Positions 37,119 through 46,900 of a stretch of DNA of 64,000 bases are shown piece by piece. This DNA is from Bacteroidales bacterium. GTDB taxonomy: Bacteria > Bacteroidota > Bacteroidia > Bacteroidales > WCHB1-69. The notes under the pieces were generated by a model. It made no database searches. It saw only the letters and a list, made by a program, of their open reading frames with translations, and was not told where the DNA came from. The first letter of the stretch is position 1, and each line of letters starts with the position of its first letter. The DNA lies in the NCBI GenBank assembly GCA_017443175.1, contig JAFSOZ010000005.1:801-64800 (forward strand). Direction: 5' to 3'. Both the position numbers and the translations under genes were made by a program.

Positions 37119-38101
37119 TAGCAATAGACTTCCAGAACTTTGGATTTGCGTGCTGGCAACAGCTGCACCTCCTCCATCTCGGCAGGGATGAGCACCACCT
37201 CGCCCGTTTCCAACCGCTCGCGCTCGTCACCGTAGGCCAACAGAATCTGCCCGTCCAGACACATATAGATGACGAAAGAGTCTATCTCCACAAAGGATTT
37301 GTTCAGCGGCTGGTCGAATTCCAGCAGGCTGGTGTTGAAATATTGGGAGCGCACCAAGCGCACCGTCTTGTTGAGTTGCGGCTGGTACTCTACTTTGAAA
37401 TTGTCGGTCTGGTGGTCAAAGTCGATAGCCTCCAGCGCCTCTTGCACGTGCAGCTCGCGGGAGTTGCCCTCGTCATCCAAACGGTTCCAGTCGAATACGC
37501 GGAAGGTGATATCCGATGGTTGCTGGATTTCGGCCAGCAGCACGCCCTTGCCAATAGCGTGCACCGTGCCGGCGGGAATCATGAACGTGTCGCCGGGTTG
37601 CACAGGATAGAACTGCAGCACCTCTTCCACGGTACCGTTGGCGATGGCCTCCTCAAACTGGGCTTTGCTGACAGTCTTGTTGAAGCCCACATAGAGGCCG
37701 CTCCCTGGCTCCGAAGCAATCACGTGCCACATCTCCGTCTTGCCGCTTTGCCCATATTTGCGTTGCGCCAATTCATCGTCAGGATGCACTTGTACGGAGA
37801 GGTTGTCCTGCGCATCGATGAACTTGATCAGCAGCGGGAAGCCCAACCCGTATTTCTCGTAGTTTTTCTCACCCACCAGTTCTGTCATGTAGATTTCCAG
37901 CAGCTCGTTGAGGTTGTTCTCCGCCAAAAAGCCGTTGGTGATCATGGACTCGTCGCCCACGAGCCCCGACACCTCCCAGCTTTCGCCACAGCAGTTGGCG
38001 GGACTGATCTCTTTGTATAACATGGTTTTCAGCCGGGTGCCGCCCCAGATCTTGTCTTTCAAAATGGGCTCGAATTTCAAGGGATATAAAGAAGTCTCCA
38101 T
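37118..38101 (-). CDS. manA: Class I mannose-6-phosphate isomerase
   Basis: IWGG, GESWE, LSVQVHP, GKTEMW, GTVHAI, EIQQ. Confidence 0.93.
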   Translation of the reverse strand: METSLYPLKFEPILKDKIWGGTRLKTMLYKEISPANCCGESWEVSGLVGDESMITNGFLAENNLNELLEIYMTELVGEKNYEKYGLGFPLLIKFIDAQDNLSVQVHPDDELAQRKYGQSGKTEMWHVIASEPGSGLYVGFNKTVSKAQFEEAIANGTVEEVLQFYPVQPGDTFMIPAGTVHAIGKGVLLAEIQQPSDITFRVFDWNRLDDEGNSRELHVQEALEAIDFDHQTDNFKVEYQPQLNKTVRLVRSQYFNTSLLEFDQPLNKSFVEIDSFVIYMCLDGQILLAYGDERERLETGEVVLIPAEMEEVQLLPARKSKVLEVYC

Positions 38102-39066
38102 TATTTGGTCTTGTTTGGATTATAAAAGTTTCGGTTTTTATGCTGATAGTCGGGTCTCACCTTGTCGGGATTGGACCCGCGTACGCTTTTCATGAATAGC
38201 CATTTGCCGTTGTCCTCGATAAAACCCTGGTTCAGGCTGGATTCCGGCACCATGTATGCGGGCACGTTCTGCACTTTCTCTTCCATCGGGATTAATTCGT
38301 CGAAGATGATCATCGGGCTGTTCACGTTGCGGTATTCCGGCTCGCGGGTCTTGGGGTTCAACTTGCCGGTGCTCACGGCGTACTGCTGGTGCTCGTAGTT
38401 GAGGTGCAGTACGGCGTTTTTGGAGTACTCGAAAATCACGCGGCTCACCCGTTCGGGGAAGTTTTTGAAGATGCGCGCTCCGAACACAGGCACGGTCTCT
38501 TTGTTGAAATGCAGCACCTCTATGATCTTCTGGTTGGTGAAGATGTTGTTGCCGTTCCAGCCCAACAGCGTGTAGTAGGTAAAATCCTTGGTTCTGAGGG
38601 GTATGATGGTGTAATACACTGCCCCGTACCAGCGGTTGTGGTTACCGATGACGGTTTTGGGGTAGTCGAGCGTGCTCCGTTTGTCGTACAAGGGAAACAG
38701 CACGTATTTTTTTCTACCTTCATTATACACTTGGATAAATCCGAAATTCTCAACGGAATAGTCTTTTTTCACCACATACCAGGTGAAAATCTTGAAGTTG
38801 TTATCAGGTGAGACCAGAACGGAAAAGTTTTTGACGGAATCCCAAGTGAATTTAAAGGAATTGGGCATTTGCAGAACCTCTTCCAGCAGGGTCATGAAAT
38901 CCTCGTTCAAAGCCAGACGGGTGGTTTCGTCCGGCTCGTCCATCACTTGGTTGCGTAGTTGGATGAGGGAATCCTCCCATATACGGAACCCCATGCTTTT
39001 GTCTTTCTGACCATAGCCAGAAAGACAAATCAGGATGAGGGTTATATAACAGAGGATTCTTTTCAT
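38101..39066 (-). CDS. Secreted hypothetical protein
   Basis: Signal peptide, 321-aa ORF coupled to manA; WYGAVYY, YTLLGW, IIFDEL. Confidence 0.75.
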   Translation of the reverse strand: MKRILCYITLILICLSGYGQKDKSMGFRIWEDSLIQLRNQVMDEPDETTRLALNEDFMTLLEEVLQMPNSFKFTWDSVKNFSVLVSPDNNFKIFTWYVVKKDYSVENFGFIQVYNEGRKKYVLFPLYDKRSTLDYPKTVIGNHNRWYGAVYYTIIPLRTKDFTYYTLLGWNGNNIFTNQKIIEVLHFNKETVPVFGARIFKNFPERVSRVIFEYSKNAVLHLNYEHQQYAVSTGKLNPKTREPEYRNVNSPMIIFDELIPMEEKVQNVPAYMVPESSLNQGFIEDNGKWLFMKSVRGSNPDKVRPDYQHKNRNFYNPNKTK

Positions 39067-39194
39067 AAAAGGAGGGCAAAAATAGTATTTTTATCAACAA
39101 AAGAGTATTTTTTAGTTTTTGAATAACGCGGAATTGCCGATTTTGTTTTTGATATTTTTGCGAAATGAATTTTATGTACAAAAATCAGCAAGTT

Positions 39195-39743
39195 ATGAAA
39201 AAGATCAGTTCAATTATTCTACTTATAGGGCTTATTTGGTGCGCCAACGCACAAGCCCCCTATCGCCACAGCATTGGTGCGACATTGGGCAACATGAACG
39301 CTGTTTCCTACAAAACATTCTTCACTGACAATATCGCGTTCAGTGTGGATGCCGGTTTCAAATGGACGTTGACATCGGCTACCTATCATGAGAAACAAAC
39401 CGGGTTTGTTTGGCATGGTACCACGACCCCGATGACCATTGAGGTGAATCCTAATGTGATGTATGAAGGCTCCACCAATGTGAACGGTTTGCATTGGTTG
39501 GCAGGTGCCGGACTCAGTGCCGGATATGCATGGTCGACTTACCATGATACCTGGGGCACTTATAAAACATACTATGGCAAACTCGGTGTGAATGCCATTG
39601 GTGGTGTGGAGTACAGATTCAGATTCCCGCTCACACTGCAAGCAGACTTCAGACCTGGTTTCGGTTTGCTTTTCAACAACCATTACAATGTAACCTATTT
39701 CGATTGGGGTCTGTTTGTCGGTGCACGCTACATCATCCAGTAG
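39195..39743 (+). CDS. Small outer-membrane beta-barrel protein
   Basis: Signal peptide, GGVEYRF..TLQADFRPG, terminal GARY. Confidence 0.75.
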   Translation: MKKISSIILLIGLIWCANAQAPYRHSIGATLGNMNAVSYKTFFTDNIAFSVDAGFKWTLTSATYHEKQTGFVWHGTTTPMTIEVNPNVMYEGSTNVNGLHWLAGAGLSAGYAWSTYHDTWGTYKTYYGKLGVNAIGGVEYRFRFPLTLQADFRPGFGLLFNNHYNVTYFDWGLFVGARYIIQ

Positions 39744-39766
39744 CGTTTTTATAGACGATTTTTTTC

Positions 39767-39809
39767 TGGCGCAAGGATAGCGGATTGATTTTTTGCTATC
39801 TTTGCGCCA
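39767..39809. promoter_or_regulatory. 15-bp inverted repeat whose right arm contains the -7 promoter of the next gene
   Basis: TGGCGCAAGGATAGC..GCTATCTTTGCGCCA (14/15). Confidence 0.65.
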
Positions 39810-39833
39810 TTATTAATTCAAAAAAACAATATT

Positions 39834-40208
39834 ATGAAAAAACTCTTCACAATCATGAGCGTTGTCGTGGTCGCTCTGTTGCTGGTTTCCTGCGGTTCTT
39901 CCAGCCCGAAGGATGTAACCAACAGCTATTATAAAGCTCTCCAAAAGGGAGATTATGAAAAAGCGTTAAGCTATACAACCGCGGTGGACGACAAAGATGA
40001 GATTCAGAAGGAAATCAAGAAAATGGAAGGTCTGGATGTTAAAATCCCTGAATATGAAATCGTTTCCGAAGAGATTTCCGATGACGGCCAGACGGCTGTG
40101 GTGGAAGTGAAATATAAATTCACTTCCTCGTTCAATTCCGAACCTGAAGAATCCACCAACAAGGTGAAATTGATCAAACAGGATGGAAAATGGAAAATTA
40201 AAGGCTGA
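39834..40208 (+). CDS. DUF4878-like lipoprotein
   Basis: LVSC lipobox, SPKDV..GDYEKA, GQTAVVEV, DGKWKI. Confidence 0.8.
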   Translation: MKKLFTIMSVVVVALLLVSCGSSSPKDVTNSYYKALQKGDYEKALSYTTAVDDKDEIQKEIKKMEGLDVKIPEYEIVSEEISDDGQTAVVEVKYKFTSSFNSEPEESTNKVKLIKQDGKWKIKG

Positions 40209-40851
40209 TTTTTTCCAGCTTTTCCAAAAAGGTAGAGGCAGGAGGGTTCTTGTTTCTACCTTTTTCATTTGTACCTTATGCATGCTGGTTGGTTGCCGGC
40301 ACGCGCCCGATTACACGTTGTTTGAGGTACCCGACACGCTGGCACTGCGCACGGGCGACATTGTTTTCCGCACGGGAGAGAGTCTGGAAAGCAAGACGGT
40401 CACCTCTATGGATACGGCCAGCTGTTATTCCCATGTGGGCATGGTGATCTGGCACAACAACCAATGGTGTGTGCTGCACGCCGTGCCCAACGAGCGTGCA
40501 ACAAAAAAGGAGAAGGATAGCGTCAAAATAGAACCCGTTGGCGTGTTTTTCCGCTCCGACCGTGCGTTGGAGGGTTGCGTATGCCGGATGCCACTTGCGC
40601 CGGAGGATACCCTGGAACTGCTCTCCACGGCCGAAAACCTCTATCGTCGCCATCCGCTTTTCGACAGAGCCTTTGACGACAAGGACTCCACCACTTTCTA
40701 TTGTTCCGAACTCGTCTGGTACCTCTATCGGCAAAGCCTGGGTGTGGATCTCACGCAGGGCCGCCGCCACAACCTGCCCCTCTTCCCGCCGCTCATCTTC
40801 TGCTCCGACATCAAAGCTTATCCGGAATTACGGGAGATTTACAAATTCTGA
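40183..40851 (+). CDS. YiiX/YebB-like permuted NlpC/P60 papain-like hydrolase (lipoprotein)
   Basis: GDIVFR, YSHVG, FYCSELV; start uncertain. Confidence 0.85.
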   Translation: MENGKLKADFFQLFQKGRGRRVLVSTFFICTLCMLVGCRHAPDYTLFEVPDTLALRTGDIVFRTGESLESKTVTSMDTASCYSHVGMVIWHNNQWCVLHAVPNERATKKEKDSVKIEPVGVFFRSDRALEGCVCRMPLAPEDTLELLSTAENLYRRHPLFDRAFDDKDSTTFYCSELVWYLYRQSLGVDLTQGRRHNLPLFPPLIFCSDIKAYPELREIYKF

Positions 40852-40876
40852 ATATCATCAAGAAGTTAATAAACAA

Positions 40877-40943
40877 ATTCTCCCGTCTCCCGTCTCCCGT
40901 CTCCGGATTTAATTTTCAATTCCTCATTCCCAATTCCCAATTC
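40877..40943. repeat. 7-bp arrays (TCTCCCG)n and (AATTCCC-like)n upstream of alaS promoter
   Basis: tctcccg x3 tctccgg; aattttc aattcct cattccc aattccc. Confidence 0.8.
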
Positions 40944-40979
40944 TTTTGTACCTTTGCGCCCTCAAAAAACAATCATTAT

Positions 40980-43586
40980 ATGACTTCAAACGAAATTCGT
41001 GCCGCTTTTTTAAAATTCTTTGAATCCAAAGGACATCATATCGTGCCGTCTGCCCCGATGGTGATTAAAAACGATCCTACGCTCATGTTCACCAACGCGG
41101 GCATGAACCAGTTCAAGGACATCTTTTTAGGCAACAATCCCGCTGAATTTCCGCGTGTGGCCGACTCGCAGAAGTGCCTGCGCGTGTCGGGTAAGCACAA
41201 CGACCTAGAAGAGGTGGGCCGCGATACGTATCACCACACCATGTTCGAGATGCTCGGCAACTGGTCGTTCGGCGACTATTTCAAGAAAGAGGCCATCGCA
41301 TACGCGTGGGAGTTTCTTACAGAAGTCATGAAACTGGACAAAAACCGCCTCTATGCCACGGTTTTCCAAGGCGATGAGAAGGACGGTACCGATTTCGACC
41401 AGGAGGCTTACGATTTCTGGAAAGCCTATCTGCCCGAAGACCGCATTCTGAAAGGCAACAAGAAAGACAATTTCTGGGAGATGGGCGAAACCGGTCCCTG
41501 CGGTCCCTGCTCCGAAATCCACATAGACCTTCGCGATGATGCCGACCGCGCTCAAGTGCCCGGCCGTGATCTCGTAAACAAAGACAATCCCTTAGTAATC
41601 GAGATCTGGAACCTCGTGTTCATGCAGTACAACCGCATTGCTTCCGGTGAGCTCAAGCTGCTGGCCAACAAGCATGTGGATACCGGCATGGGTTTCGAGC
41701 GTCTGTGCATGGCTGTGCAGAACAAGAAATCCAACTACGATACGGATGTCTTCCAGCCCATCATCCAAAAGATAGCCCAGAATGCTCACGTGCAATATGG
41801 TGAGAAGAACGAGACCGACATCGCGTTGCGCGTGGTGGCCGACCACTTGCGCGCCATCTCCTTCGCCATTGCCGACGGCCAGCTGCCATCCAACACGGGC
41901 GCGGGCTACGTCATCCGCCGCATCCTGCGCCGCGCCATCCGCTACGGTTTCACCTTCCTCAATTTCAAGGAACCCTTCATGCATACGTTAGTGGCTGACC
42001 TCGTGGCCCAGATGGGACACCAGTTCCCGGAATTGCCAAAGCAGCAGACGCTCATCGAGCGCATCATTTTGGAGGAGGAGCAATCTTTCCTCAAGACACT
42101 GGCCAAAGGTATCGCCCGCTTTGACGAATATGTGGCCAAAAACGCTGGCAACAGCGTGGTGGACGGTGATTTTGCCTTCGAACTTTTCGATACCTACGGC
42201 TTCCCGATAGATTTGACCCAACTATTGGCATCCGAGAAGAGCCTCACCGTGGACATGGAGGGATTCCATCAGGGCTTGCAGCAGCAAAAGGAGCGTTCGC
42301 GCGCTGCCGCTGCGGTAGCCACCGATGATTGGGTGGAGCTTGTCCATCAGGAAACCCCCACGCAATTTGTGGGCTATCACGAGACGGAATGCGCTTGTAA
42401 GATTGTGAAATACAGGAAGGTCACTGCTAAAAACAAGACCTTCTATCAGATTGTGTTGGACACCACCCCGTTTTATGCCGAGTCGGGCGGACAGGTGGGA
42501 GACACCGGTGTGTTGGAGAGCGTCAACGAGAAAATTGCCATTTACAACACCACCAAGGAGAACAACCTGACCATTCATCATGCTGCCACGATTCCAGAAA
42601 ATCCCAAAGCTGAGTTCACGGCTAAGATTGACACGGGCAAGCGCCAGATGACGGCCAACAACCACTCGGCCACGCACTTGTTAGACCACGCGTTGCGCGC
42701 TGTGCTTGGCACGCACGTGGAGCAGAAGGGCTCCATGGTGGCCTCCGACCGCTTGCGTTTCGACTTCTCGCACTTTGCCAAGATGACGGATGAGGAAATC
42801 ATCAAGACGGAAAAGATGGTGAATGACATGATCCGCCAGAACCTTCCGTTGCAGGAGTTTGTGGATATGCCCATTGAGGAGGCTCGTGAAAAGGGTGCCA
42901 TTGCTTTGTTCGGCGAGAAGTACGGCAATCTGGTGCGCGTCATCCAGTTCGGCGATGCCATAGAGCTTTGCGGCGGCACACACACCTCCGCCACAGGCAA
43001 CATCGGTCTGTTCAAGATAGTGTCCGAAGGGGCTGTGGCTGCCGGCGTGCGACGTATTGAGGCTGTCACAGGAACCGCCGCCGAGGAGTTGGTGTATGGC
43101 CAGCAGGATCTGATCAAGAAGATAAAAGAATTGTTAGGTTCCAACAACATGGAACAGGCCATTCAGAAACTGAATGACGACAATGCGGCTTATCGCAAGA
43201 AAATAGAGGAATTTGAAAAGCAGCAGGTGGTGAACTTCTGCAAGGAGGTGGAACAAAAAGCCCAGGAAATCAACGGAGTGCAGGTCATCTCACAGATCAC
43301 GGAATACAGTCCGGACATTTTGCGCAACGCTGCGTTCCAATTGCGCAACGCCACCAACCGCATTGTGGTGTTGGCCAGCGTGTTCGATAATAAACCCAAC
43401 TTGGTAGTGGCTGTTTCCGATGACCTTTTAGGACGTTTTGAAGCGCCGAAGATTGTGCGCGCGGTGGGCAAACTCATCCAAGGTGGCGGTGGCGGACAAC
43501 CTTCGCTCTCCACTGCTGGAGGCAAGAACCCCGCCGGACTTCCCGATGCGGTGGCCGAAATCTTCAACTTGATTTCTGCCAACTGA
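40980..43586 (+). CDS. alaS: Alanine--tRNA ligase
   Basis: FTNAGMNQFK, HHTMFEMLGN, DTGMGFER, ELCGGTH; promoter 40949-40956. Confidence 0.98.
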   Translation: MTSNEIRAAFLKFFESKGHHIVPSAPMVIKNDPTLMFTNAGMNQFKDIFLGNNPAEFPRVADSQKCLRVSGKHNDLEEVGRDTYHHTMFEMLGNWSFGDYFKKEAIAYAWEFLTEVMKLDKNRLYATVFQGDEKDGTDFDQEAYDFWKAYLPEDRILKGNKKDNFWEMGETGPCGPCSEIHIDLRDDADRAQVPGRDLVNKDNPLVIEIWNLVFMQYNRIASGELKLLANKHVDTGMGFERLCMAVQNKKSNYDTDVFQPIIQKIAQNAHVQYGEKNETDIALRVVADHLRAISFAIADGQLPSNTGAGYVIRRILRRAIRYGFTFLNFKEPFMHTLVADLVAQMGHQFPELPKQQTLIERIILEEEQSFLKTLAKGIARFDEYVAKNAGNSVVDGDFAFELFDTYGFPIDLTQLLASEKSLTVDMEGFHQGLQQQKERSRAAAAVATDDWVELVHQETPTQFVGYHETECACKIVKYRKVTAKNKTFYQIVLDTTPFYAESGGQVGDTGVLESVNEKIAIYNTTKENNLTIHHAATIPENPKAEFTAKIDTGKRQMTANNHSATHLLDHALRAVLGTHVEQKGSMVASDRLRFDFSHFAKMTDEEIIKTEKMVNDMIRQNLPLQEFVDMPIEEAREKGAIALFGEKYGNLVRVIQFGDAIELCGGTHTSATGNIGLFKIVSEGAVAAGVRRIEAVTGTAAEELVYGQQDLIKKIKELLGSNNMEQAIQKLNDDNAAYRKKIEEFEKQQVVNFCKEVEQKAQEINGVQVISQITEYSPDILRNAAFQLRNATNRIVVLASVFDNKPNLVVAVSDDLLGRFEAPKIVRAVGKLIQGGGGGQPSLSTAGGKNPAGLPDAVAEIFNLISAN

Positions 43587-43599
43587 TCACAACTTCCAT

Positions 43600-44154
43600 C
43601 TAAAACGAATCAAGATCCAACTCCTTTAAAAGAGCCTTTGTGCGATCTGTGACAATCGGAGAGAGTAGAAACTGGATTACTTCTCCTGTTTCATTTTTCA
43701 TGTAATTATAATGGACGATGTTGTTCAGGGCATAACGTGCATACAATTTTTCGTTCACATCCTCCTTGAATTGATAATGTTGAATGCCCTTTTGGATGAT
43801 TTTTTCCAAAGTGGTAACAAAAGGAGAATCCTCTGCGGTAAAAAGGTTGTTATCTACCAGATATTGGTAGTAATAACGTTCGTTGGACCGCACATACTGC
43901 AGTTCATATCCGTATTGAATAAGTTCCTCCACTGCATGATTGCACAAGGCTATTTTCTCTTGAAACCGGCATTGAAATGTTTCATACCAGAATTCGATAG
44001 CCATCTTCATCGCATTGTCTTTGCTTTTATAACGATTGAAAAAGGTTTTGCGGCTGATATTCAGCGCTTCCACTATTTCATCCGTGGAGCAATCGAAACC
44101 ATGTAGGAGATAAAAGTTAAATAAATCTTCAATTTTTTTTGCGGGAATAGGCAT
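43600..44154 (-). CDS. TetR/AcrR family regulator
   Basis: GFDCSTDEIVEALNISRKTFFNRYKSK HTH. Confidence 0.75.
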   Translation of the reverse strand: MPIPAKKIEDLFNFYLLHGFDCSTDEIVEALNISRKTFFNRYKSKDNAMKMAIEFWYETFQCRFQEKIALCNHAVEELIQYGYELQYVRSNERYYYQYLVDNNLFTAEDSPFVTTLEKIIQKGIQHYQFKEDVNEKLYARYALNNIVHYNYMKNETGEVIQFLLSPIVTDRTKALLKELDLDSF

Positions 44155-44165
44155 CTGGAAAATAT

Positions 44166-45098
44166 TTATTCAGAGAGAAAATCTTTGATTTTTTTATCGT
44201 CCAACCCTCTAATGTCAACAGACTCCACAGGCTTGCCATCTTTAACCAATACGTATGTGGGGAATACGCCATCCACCATATTGATGGCCTCTACCGGGGA
44301 TATGATAGCATAGCGGAAATGCGTGGCGCCGGTCTCTTCTTTGAAATGTTGGATGGATTTTTCCGAACCCCAGATGAAGAAAACCACTTTGTTGGTATCC
44401 AATTGATTGTTTTCCACTATTGTATTCAGCTTTTTGCTGCCGAGCTTGCAGTACTTGCAGCCAGCTAAAAGATACCCGAACACATAATTGCCTTCATTGA
44501 TGTTCAGCGACTGTGCAGTGGAATCCTGCATGAATTGCTCAAACCGTTTTTCATCCAGCACGTTGTTGGATTTCTTAAACAAATTGTAAGCAGCATCAGT
44601 AGGAAACAGGATGAAAGGTATTCCGATGGCGAGTATCGTGCAAACGATGCCTACAGCTGTTTTACCTTTGAACCGATAATCTTCTTCTTTGCGAACAAAC
44701 AGCAACAAAACAATGGTTGCAAGGTTCTTGAGGATAGAATAGGCGGGGTTCAGTTCCACGATATCGCCCATGCAATGGCAGTTGGCATCGTGGCGGAACA
44801 GGGCCACATAGACCAAAAACAGCGTAAAACCGACCATCATCAGCATGGTGAGCCACCAGGCCTGTTTGTATAGGATTTTGGCAATGAGCAGGGAGCCCAG
44901 CAGCATTTCGCCGGCAATCACCAATCGGGCAATGATGCCGCACAGATTGAAGCTGAACAGGTTGAAGCTGTAAATGTAAATCTCGAAACTGTCCAGAGAT
45001 AACAGTTTCAATATCGCCGTAGTGATGAAAAACGCTCCGATGAGGATTCGGATGATGAATTTCACGATAATGGCGGCGGAAAAACGGTGTTCTTTCAT
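44166..45098 (-). CDS. DoxX/MauE-like membrane protein with C-terminal thioredoxin-like CxxC domain
   Basis: TM helices, NCHCMGD, CKYC, FPT. Confidence 0.75.
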   Translation of the reverse strand: MKEHRFSAAIIVKFIIRILIGAFFITTAILKLLSLDSFEIYIYSFNLFSFNLCGIIARLVIAGEMLLGSLLIAKILYKQAWWLTMLMMVGFTLFLVYVALFRHDANCHCMGDIVELNPAYSILKNLATIVLLLFVRKEEDYRFKGKTAVGIVCTILAIGIPFILFPTDAAYNLFKKSNNVLDEKRFEQFMQDSTAQSLNINEGNYVFGYLLAGCKYCKLGSKKLNTIVENNQLDTNKVVFFIWGSEKSIQHFKEETGATHFRYAIISPVEAINMVDGVFPTYVLVKDGKPVESVDIRGLDDKKIKDFLSE

Positions 45099-45142
45099 TT
45101 TTTTACAACAGGTTTGAAAAACAGGGTGCAATAATACACAAT

Positions 45143-46876
45143 TTATGCGTTCATGCAGATGCCTTTCGGGATGGCGGCGATGAGTTTCTTCGTGTACTCC
45201 GTTTGCGGGTGGTCGCAGATGGCATCCGCATCGCCCAGCTCCACGATGGCCCCGTTCTGCATCACCGCGATGCGGTCCGACATGAAACGTACCACCGACA
45301 GGTCGTGGGAAATGAAGATGTAGGTGAAATGATACTCTTGCTTCAGTTCGTTGAGCAGGTTGAGGACTTGTGCCTGTACGGACACATCGAGAGCCGACAC
45401 CGATTCATCACAGATGATGAACTTGGGGTTCACCGCCAGGGCGCGTGCGATGGAGATGCGCTGGCGCTGGCCGCCGGAGAACTCGTGCGGATAGCGGTAG
45501 AAGTGTGTTTCGTTGAGGCTCACGCGTTCCAACAGTGCCAAGGCTTTCCGCTTGCGTTCGCTGTCGTTGCGCCCGATGCCGTGTACGCGCATAGGCTCCA
45601 TCAGGGCGTCGCCGATGGTGAGCCGCTGGTTCAGGGACGAGTAGGGGTCCTGCAAGATGATTTGCAGATCCTTGCGCATCTCCCGCATGGCTCGGGTGGA
45701 AAGGCTGGTCAGGTCCGTGCCCCGATAGAATATCTGGCCGGAGGAGGGCTCGATGAGCCGTATCATGCTGCGCCCCAAGGTGGTCTTGCCGCAACCCGAC
45801 TCGCCCACTAAGCCTAAAGTTTCGCCCTCATAAACCTCCAGATTGATGTCGCGCAGGGCGTGGAGATACTGCTGTTTCTCAAAGAGTTTGCGCTTGCGGA
45901 GCGGATATAGCTTGTTCAGGTTCCGGATGGCGATGAGCGGTTCTCCGGCGTACAGTTGCTGATGGAAGGCGGCGCGCTCCTCCGGCGCAATCGACAGTGC
46001 CTCCACGTCCGTGTGCACGCCCCGCTCATGGTCGCGCATGAAGTCGTCCACGGTGGGCAGCTTGCGCAGGCGCACGGTCATGGAGGGCCGGCACGCCAGC
46101 AAGCCTTGGGTATAAGGATGTTGCGGTTTCAGAAAGATGTCGCGGATGCTGCCGTGCTCCACTACCTGGCCTTTGTACAGCACCAGCACCTTGTCGGCGA
46201 TTTCGGCCACCACGCCCAGGTCGTGTGTGATGAATAGCACGCTCATGCCATGTTTCTGTTGCAGTTTTCTGATCAGCTCCAGAATTCCCTTCTGCACGGT
46301 CACGTCCAGCGCGGTGGTGGGCTCGTCGGCAATCAGCAGGTCGGGCTGGCAGCTCATGGCCATGGCAATCATCACGCGCTGCTTCTGCCCACCCGACAAC
46401 TCGTGCGGATAGGAGTTGAAAATCTGCTCGGGTCGCGGTAACATCACCTCCTTGAACAGCTCTATTACATGCTGCTTGGCCTCCTCTTTGGTTTGCTTCT
46501 TGTGCAGCAGTATCTGTTCCGTGATCTGCTCCCCGCACTTGATAACGGGATTCAGGGAGGTCATCGGCTCCTGGAAAATCATGGCGATACGGTTGCCGCG
46601 CAGGTGCTGCATGGTTGTCTCCGGGCAAGTGAGCAGGTTGACAGGGTGATCATCCTCTGTAAATCGGATTTCGCCTTGCGGGTATCGTGCGATTCGCTCA
46701 TTCAGCAATCGCATCACCGATAAAGCCGTCACCGACTTGCCGGAGCCCGATTCGCCCACAATGCCCAGGGTCTCTCCTTTGCCAAGACTGAAACTCACCT
46801 GATGCAGAATGTGTTTCCATTTTCCATCCTGCTTGAGGTCCAAAGACAAATCCGAAATCTCCAGAAGAGTATTCAT
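45143..46876 (-). CDS. Peptide/nickel-type ABC transporter, fused dual ATPase
   Basis: GESGSGKS and [26 protein letters not shown]. Confidence 0.93.
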   Translation of the reverse strand: MNTLLEISDLSLDLKQDGKWKHILHQVSFSLGKGETLGIVGESGSGKSVTALSVMRLLNERIARYPQGEIRFTEDDHPVNLLTCPETTMQHLRGNRIAMIFQEPMTSLNPVIKCGEQITEQILLHKKQTKEEAKQHVIELFKEVMLPRPEQIFNSYPHELSGGQKQRVMIAMAMSCQPDLLIADEPTTALDVTVQKGILELIRKLQQKHGMSVLFITHDLGVVAEIADKVLVLYKGQVVEHGSIRDIFLKPQHPYTQGLLACRPSMTVRLRKLPTVDDFMRDHERGVHTDVEALSIAPEERAAFHQQLYAGEPLIAIRNLNKLYPLRKRKLFEKQQYLHALRDINLEVYEGETLGLVGESGCGKTTLGRSMIRLIEPSSGQIFYRGTDLTSLSTRAMREMRKDLQIILQDPYSSLNQRLTIGDALMEPMRVHGIGRNDSERKRKALALLERVSLNETHFYRYPHEFSGGQRQRISIARALAVNPKFIICDESVSALDVSVQAQVLNLLNELKQEYHFTYIFISHDLSVVRFMSDRIAVMQNGAIVELGDADAICDHPQTEYTKKLIAAIPKGICMNA

Positions 46877-46900
46877 CAGACCGCAAAGCTAATCTCTAAA

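Noticed and set aside
40701-40979. N-terminal extensions of alaS, truA (48638) and yigZ (56824) in the ORF track
   Set aside because: They overlap other genes or promoters; conserved starts lie downstream.
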